64,000 bases of DNA from a virus: positions 29,726-93,725 of IMG/VR virus record IMGVR_UViG_3300036820_000009, one strand, 5' to 3'. The number at the start of each line of letters is the position of its first letter. The first letter of the stretch is position 1. The notes under the pieces were generated by a model that did not search any database, was not told where the DNA came from, and worked only from the letters and a program-made list of their open reading frames with translations. A program made the position numbers and the translations under genes. This document shows, one piece after another, positions 59,491 through 64,000 of the stretch.

Positions 59491-62400
59491 CTTAGATTTT
59501 CCCCTCGTTTTTTTCATCCAACAGCGATCGGTGCCATCGGGCGATCGCCGCGGCGGTTTCGACCGAGTGATGGAGCGCGGCATCGATTTCATCCAATACG
59601 ACGCTTCGATAGGCGAGCAGCGCGCGGACCGCGATTCGATGAAGCCACGCATCGCCGGTCATGATTCGGTCGGCGGCCAGATCGGCTTTCGCGGCCGCGC
59701 GTTTGGCGCCATCCCAAAACGCTTCCAATTCGGGCTGGTCGATCAGCGCGCGCAGCCGCGCGATTTCCGCGCTCATGCGCTCGATCGTCTCGGCCTGTTC
59801 CTGCAACGCCTTGCTGCCGAGCTCGCCGACGATCGCGGTGCCGTCCGGCCGCAGGTCGACGGTGCGGCCTTCGTCCATGGCGCGCTCGATGTCGGCCACG
59901 GATACGCGTTTCGGCGGGTCGGACATTGGCGTTCCTTTCGGTTGCGGCGAGCAGTTCATGGTGCAAAACCATGTCCCGGCCATGCTGACGCAATCCCCGC
60001 AGGGATAACCGCCCTCGGCGAGGGTTCGATAGAAATCCATCACCGGAACACCTTGCCGCATTCGCAGGCCACCAGCGTCGTGCGGCTATGGGCGGTAAAG
60101 GTGATTTCCCGGTGCAAGCAGGCGATCGGCCGGAACGGATGCGCGTAAATCAGCAGCGCTTGGCCCAGCGCGCGCGCCGGCAGCGCGCCGGTCATGATTC
60201 CACCAGCGTCAAATCGAAGGGCGCGACGCGGCTGATATGCACCGCGACGCCGCAGGCCGGACACGCATCCGTGGTCAGTCGGCAGCGGCCGATCGTGGTT
60301 TCGACGACGGTGCAGACCGTGCCGGCCGGAATGGTCATCAGTCCGCTCCATAGCCGCCGCTTGAGCTTGACGCGCAAGCCGACCCAATCGCGTTGCAGCC
60401 GCGGCCAGCCTGGCGGTGCCTTGCTCATGAGCGCGGTGGCCAAGTCCAGTAATTTTTCTGGATGACCTCATGCTCGCGGTCGATCAGCTTCGACACTCCC
60501 CTGACATGCCATATTTGTCCCGGTCCGCATATCGTCAGATCGGCCAGATCGGCGATGCCGGCGTCCACGCGCGTCACGATCGCGGGATAGGGATCGAGCT
60601 GGAATTCGATGGTGTGATCGTAATAGTGAACGATGCGGCCGACGCCGAGCGCCGGCGCCAGGGTTTCCTTGAGGCGATACACCGATTCGATTTCTTCGAG
60701 CATGACCGATGGGCCGCCCGGCATCGCGATCGGCGGCGTCGGCGCAAATCCCGCGTTGCGCAATGCCGTCTCAAGATCGGCCGAAAATTCCGGATCGAGC
60801 GGCCGCCGGCGCTGCGCGTATAGCCACAGCAGGTCTTGCGCGGATTTGTCCGCCACGCTCAGCGGCACCTTGCCGCGCGGCGTGGTCGGATATTTGTCGC
60901 TTTGGAATTCCCCGTCGATCAGATGCGCGCCCATGACAGCCTTTCAATCCAGCGGCAATATTTGCATTCGTTAGGTTGCGTCATTCCGTCGCCTTGGCGA
61001 GGGCGCGTATGCGCGTCGCCAAGAACTCAATCGTCGCGGTTTTGCCGTCACGCTCGATTTCTTGCGCCGCCTGTTCCAGCCAGTATGCGCGACAGGCGAG
61101 GAAGCCGGCAGCAAATCTGCAATTATTACCGGCCTCGCCGCCGCATTGCGGAAATGCGCATCCCGGCGGCCATGGGGTATCGTCGTCGCACGCCGTCCGC
61201 ACCGCTTCGGCGAGCCGAGGATCGGGCGCGGCGGTCATGGCCGTTTCGCCTCATCGTCCGGAACGGTTAATTCAGGGTGATTTAATCCGTGCATCGCAAC
61301 CGCTCGCCGTAGAACATCGTGCAAAAACCGCATTTCGTCATCGGTCGCGCGGCGATTGAAATAAAAGCAAAGCGCCGCCGCGTTATCTTTGTCGCGCCCA
61401 ACGCCGGGCACCCGAAGCTCAATCACTTCGCGGCTTCGTCGTCGGCGAGAATAGCCACCGGCCGATCGTGGGCCCAGCGCAGCGTTTCGATCGCGCCCAA
61501 GAGATCGTCCTCGGACATCACCAGATCCTTCTTGAAATCCGGCGCGCCCGGCATGCGAACCACCAGCGTCAGCTTGACGTCGGCCGCGAATAGGCCGCCG
61601 ATCGCGTCGAGATGCCGCGCGATGCGGCAGCGTAGCCGCGCCAGTCGCGCCAGGCTTTCCGGCGAATGCGTCGGCGCGTCCGTCGCTTGCGTCTCGGTCA
61701 TGCGTTGCCCGGCCATGCCGGATCCGGCGCCTTCGAGGTCGCGGCGAGCCAGCCGCCATCCGGCGAGATTTCGAATTCGCAGCGCCGGCCATCGGTCAGC
61801 CACACGCATTTGCCGCCGCCGTCGAGACTGCCCTCGAACCGCAAATCCATCTTGGCCAAATCCAGCACCAGGCATTGCACCGCGCCGAGACTGCCGCGCA
61901 GCATCGCCGGCACCCCCGGCGACAACGGCGCGATCGTCACCAGCCGCTTCATGCGCGAGCCCCTTCAACCGGCATTCTTGAACCCCGGCAGATACCGAAC
62001 GCCCACCGTCGCCATCACCGCCGGTCGCCACACATGCCCGCACCCTTGGCACGCATGCGTGTGATGCGGCCGTACCGCGAATTGGCCCTCGTCGACATGC
62101 AGCATGTCGCACAGCGGACAATGCAAGCGCATCGGCGCGCCCACGTTAAGGCCCAGCGTGCCCGCGTCGCGCAGCCGATCCTCCAACTCCGACGAGGCCG
62201 CCGCCAGCAATTCCGCTACCCGCGCGCTCGGCAGGCCGAGATTCAGCGCGGCGCACGCGTCGGCAAATTTTCCCATGCCACCCCCGATGCCGCCGGCAAA
62301 GCATTCAGCGTCCCATGTCCCATCGCCTCGACCGGCTGAAACGCCAGCTCCGGATACCGCGCGTGCAACCATTCGTCCAGCGCCGCCAAATACGCGCGGT

Positions 62401-62578
62401 CGTAATCGTCACGGCTGAAATACAAACTGCACTCGCACTGCACGCGGCACAACAACACATCGATCAACCGCTTCCCCACCAGCCATATCGCCGCCTCCCG
62501 CCGCGCGCGCGCCACCGCCCGCGCGCCGAAATTCGCCGGAAACAATCGATCGATCAATGCATCGAACATCCGCCGCAT

Positions 62579-62607
62579 CTGTAATGCCGTAACATGCGGC
62601 ATGTCAA
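62579..62607 (-). promoter_or_regulatory. Leftward promoter candidate with a palindrome in the spacer
   Basis: TTGACA at 62607-62602; ATGCCG-taacatg-CGGCAT at 62584-62602; weak -10. Confidence 0.4.
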
Positions 62608-62867
62608 CGATGGATTTTGGGAAATATCCGCGGAAGGGGGTGAGCCGATATACCCCGGTATTTTACGGCGCCGCCCCACCTGGCACCCCCATCGCCCCGT
62701 CGCAGTCACATTTGATTAACCCCGGCGCCCCATGAACGAATGATTAATATTGCCTTCAATTGTTGTGCTTTATTAATCACGGCATGCAATGGCCGTACCA
62801 ATCGATTTAGCTCAAATGCCATCTAATCAAATGCAATGCGATATCTGTCAATCGCCTGCGGAATGTT

Positions 62868-62896
62868 TTGCTTTTTGGAAACTGTTGCCTTATAAC
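62868..62896 (+). promoter_or_regulatory. sigma70-type early promoter
   Basis: TTGCTT, 17 nt, TATAAC in an AT-rich divergent region. Confidence 0.65.
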
Positions 62897-62940
62897 TTGG
62901 TGCTGCCGGGCAATCCCGCCCGACCATCGGAGTCTAGGAC

Positions 62941-63081
62941 ATGCTCATTCAAACCTATAAGGGCCGCCGCTATTACGCCACGCCGGAGGCCGCCACGCCG
63001 CGTCGTTCCATGGCGGCAGGCCTGTACCTCGCCGGCCTATCGTCCGGCCTGCTCGCCTTTGCCGCGATGGTGCTGGCATGA
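62941..63081 (+). CDS. Small membrane protein (46 aa)
   Basis: Own translation MLIQTYKGRRYY...GLLAFAAMVLA; GGAG upstream. Confidence 0.45.
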   Translation: MLIQTYKGRRYYATPEAATPRRSMAAGLYLAGLSSGLLAFAAMVLA

Positions 63082-63218
63082 CCGATCATGCTGTCGGCCT
63101 CATGGCGCCGGTGCATTTCTGGAACGTGTCTTTCCGCAAGGTCGGCGGCCTGCACTTCCTCAAGATCGGTCGGTTTTGTGTCTCGTTTTGCGTTACCGCC
63201 GAATATCGGTCGCTGTAG
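63078..63218 (+). CDS. Small hypothetical protein (46 aa)
   Basis: ATGA-coupled; MTDHAVG...RKVGGLHFLKIGRFCVSFCVTAEYRSL. Confidence 0.5.
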   Translation: MTDHAVGLMAPVHFWNVSFRKVGGLHFLKIGRFCVSFCVTAEYRSL

Positions 63219-63276
63219 GACGAAACGCGGGACGCCATGTCCCGCGTCGCGGCGTTATGCGTCGCCTGACGAGTCC
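63218..63276 (+). ncRNA. Type II hammerhead ribozyme
   Basis: Stem II GGAC/GUCC, GAAA, stem III CGCGGGAC/GUCCCGCG, GUC cleavage triplet (C63248), stem I GCGGCG/CGUCGC, core CUGACGA. Confidence 0.9.
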
Positions 63277-63296
63277 AACCCCTAGGAGTCTATCGT

Positions 63297-64000
63297 ATGA
63301 AACCCTCACAGCTTGCCACGGCGCTACAGGTGATGATGTCGGCCGACGTGCCGACGCATCTATGGGGCGCGCCCGGCATCGGTAAGTCGTCAATCGTCCA
63401 CCAGGTCGCCAAGAAATTGAATCTCGAATTGCGCGATATTCGCGCGGTGCTGACCGATCCGGTCGATTGGCGCGGATTGCCTGTCGTCAAGAATGGCCGC
63501 GCGTCATGGGCAATGCCCGATTTCCTGCCGCACGATCCGGACAGCAAGGGCATTCTCTTTCTCGACGAATTGAACGCGGCGCCGCCCATCGTGCAAGCGG
63601 CGTGCTACCAGCTTGTGCTTGATCGCCGGCTTGGCGATTATCGGTTGCCTGCCGGTTGGCGCATTGTTGCCGCCGGAAACAATGAGAAAGATGGCGCCGT
63701 CGTGCATCGCATGTCGAGTGCGTTGCGGTCGCGGTTCCAGCATCTCCAATGCGAGATTGACGTTTCCGATTGGCTCGCATGGGCGCTGGGCGCCAATGTC
63801 CGGACCGAGATTCTGGCATTCATCAAATTCCGGCCGGAACTGTTGCACAAATTCGCACGCGACGCGCAAAGCTTCCCATGCCCGCGCACGTGGGAATTCG
63901 CGTCGCGGATTCTCGACAGCAAGGCGCCCGCCGATATCGAATTGCCGCTGTATACGGGCACGATTGGCGAGGGCGCGGCGGCCGAGCTAATGGCATTCCT
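63297..64000 (+). CDS. MoxR-like AAA+ ATPase (truncated; absent from the ORF track)
   Basis: Own translation MKPSQLATAL...WGAPGIGKS...ILFLDELN...IVAAGN...ALRSRF...PCPRTWE; SD AGGAG at 63284-63288. Confidence 0.88.
   Translation, partial: MKPSQLATALQVMMSADVPTHLWGAPGIGKSSIVHQVAKKLNLELRDIRAVLTDPVDWRGLPVVKNGRASWAMPDFLPHDPDSKGILFLDELNAAPPIVQAACYQLVLDRRLGDYRLPAGWRIVAAGNNEKDGAVVHRMSSALRSRFQHLQCEIDVSDWLAWALGANVRTEILAFIKFRPELLHKFARDAQSFPCPRTWEFASRILDSKAPADIELPLYTGTIGEGAAAELMAF

Larger units (their letters stand above)
49346..62578 (-). other. Accessory block of ~35 short, translationally coupled hypothetical ORFs (e.g. 50237-50599, 51206-51778, 55110-55277, 57439-58206, 60425-60934, 61965-62276)
   Basis: Contiguous tiling of minus-strand ORFs, many with ATGA stop/start overlaps. 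Confidence 0.75.

Noticed and set aside
1-64000. CRISPR array, tRNA, rRNA, integrase or transposase
   Set aside because: No regularly spaced repeats, cloverleaf or recombinase motifs recognised by eye; a tRNAscan run would be needed to exclude tRNAs fully

Overview
The whole window is bacteriophage DNA (high GC, probably an alphaproteobacterial host; no integrase or host genes visible), and nearly all genes lie on the minus strand. Read right to left it contains: a divergent early promoter region with a type II hammerhead ribozyme directly upstream of a MoxR-like AAA ATPase (+ strand, truncated); about 13 kb of small, tightly coupled accessory ORFs (nucleotidyltransferase, MazG-like, DUF1643, ASCH, orphan HigA-like antitoxin); the terminase and head genes; a contractile-tail myovirus module resembling the SPO1/K (Herelleviridae) type; a GH108 lysis cassette with a candidate anti-Shine-Dalgarno sRNA; and a Cro-like regulator heading a replication/recombination operon with a DNA methyltransferase. 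The most unusual features are these. (i) The large terminase is split into two ORFs by a GT9 glycosyltransferase gene on the opposite strand. (ii) A four-gene sugar toolkit (GT9, a ~1290-aa GT4/GT2 enzyme, RmlC, an NDP-sugar epimerase) is scattered through the virion operon, suggesting virion glycosylation. (iii) The hammerhead ribozyme. (iv) A recurrent GATATAGG candidate late promoter. Family assignments come from motif recognition only; no database searches were run.
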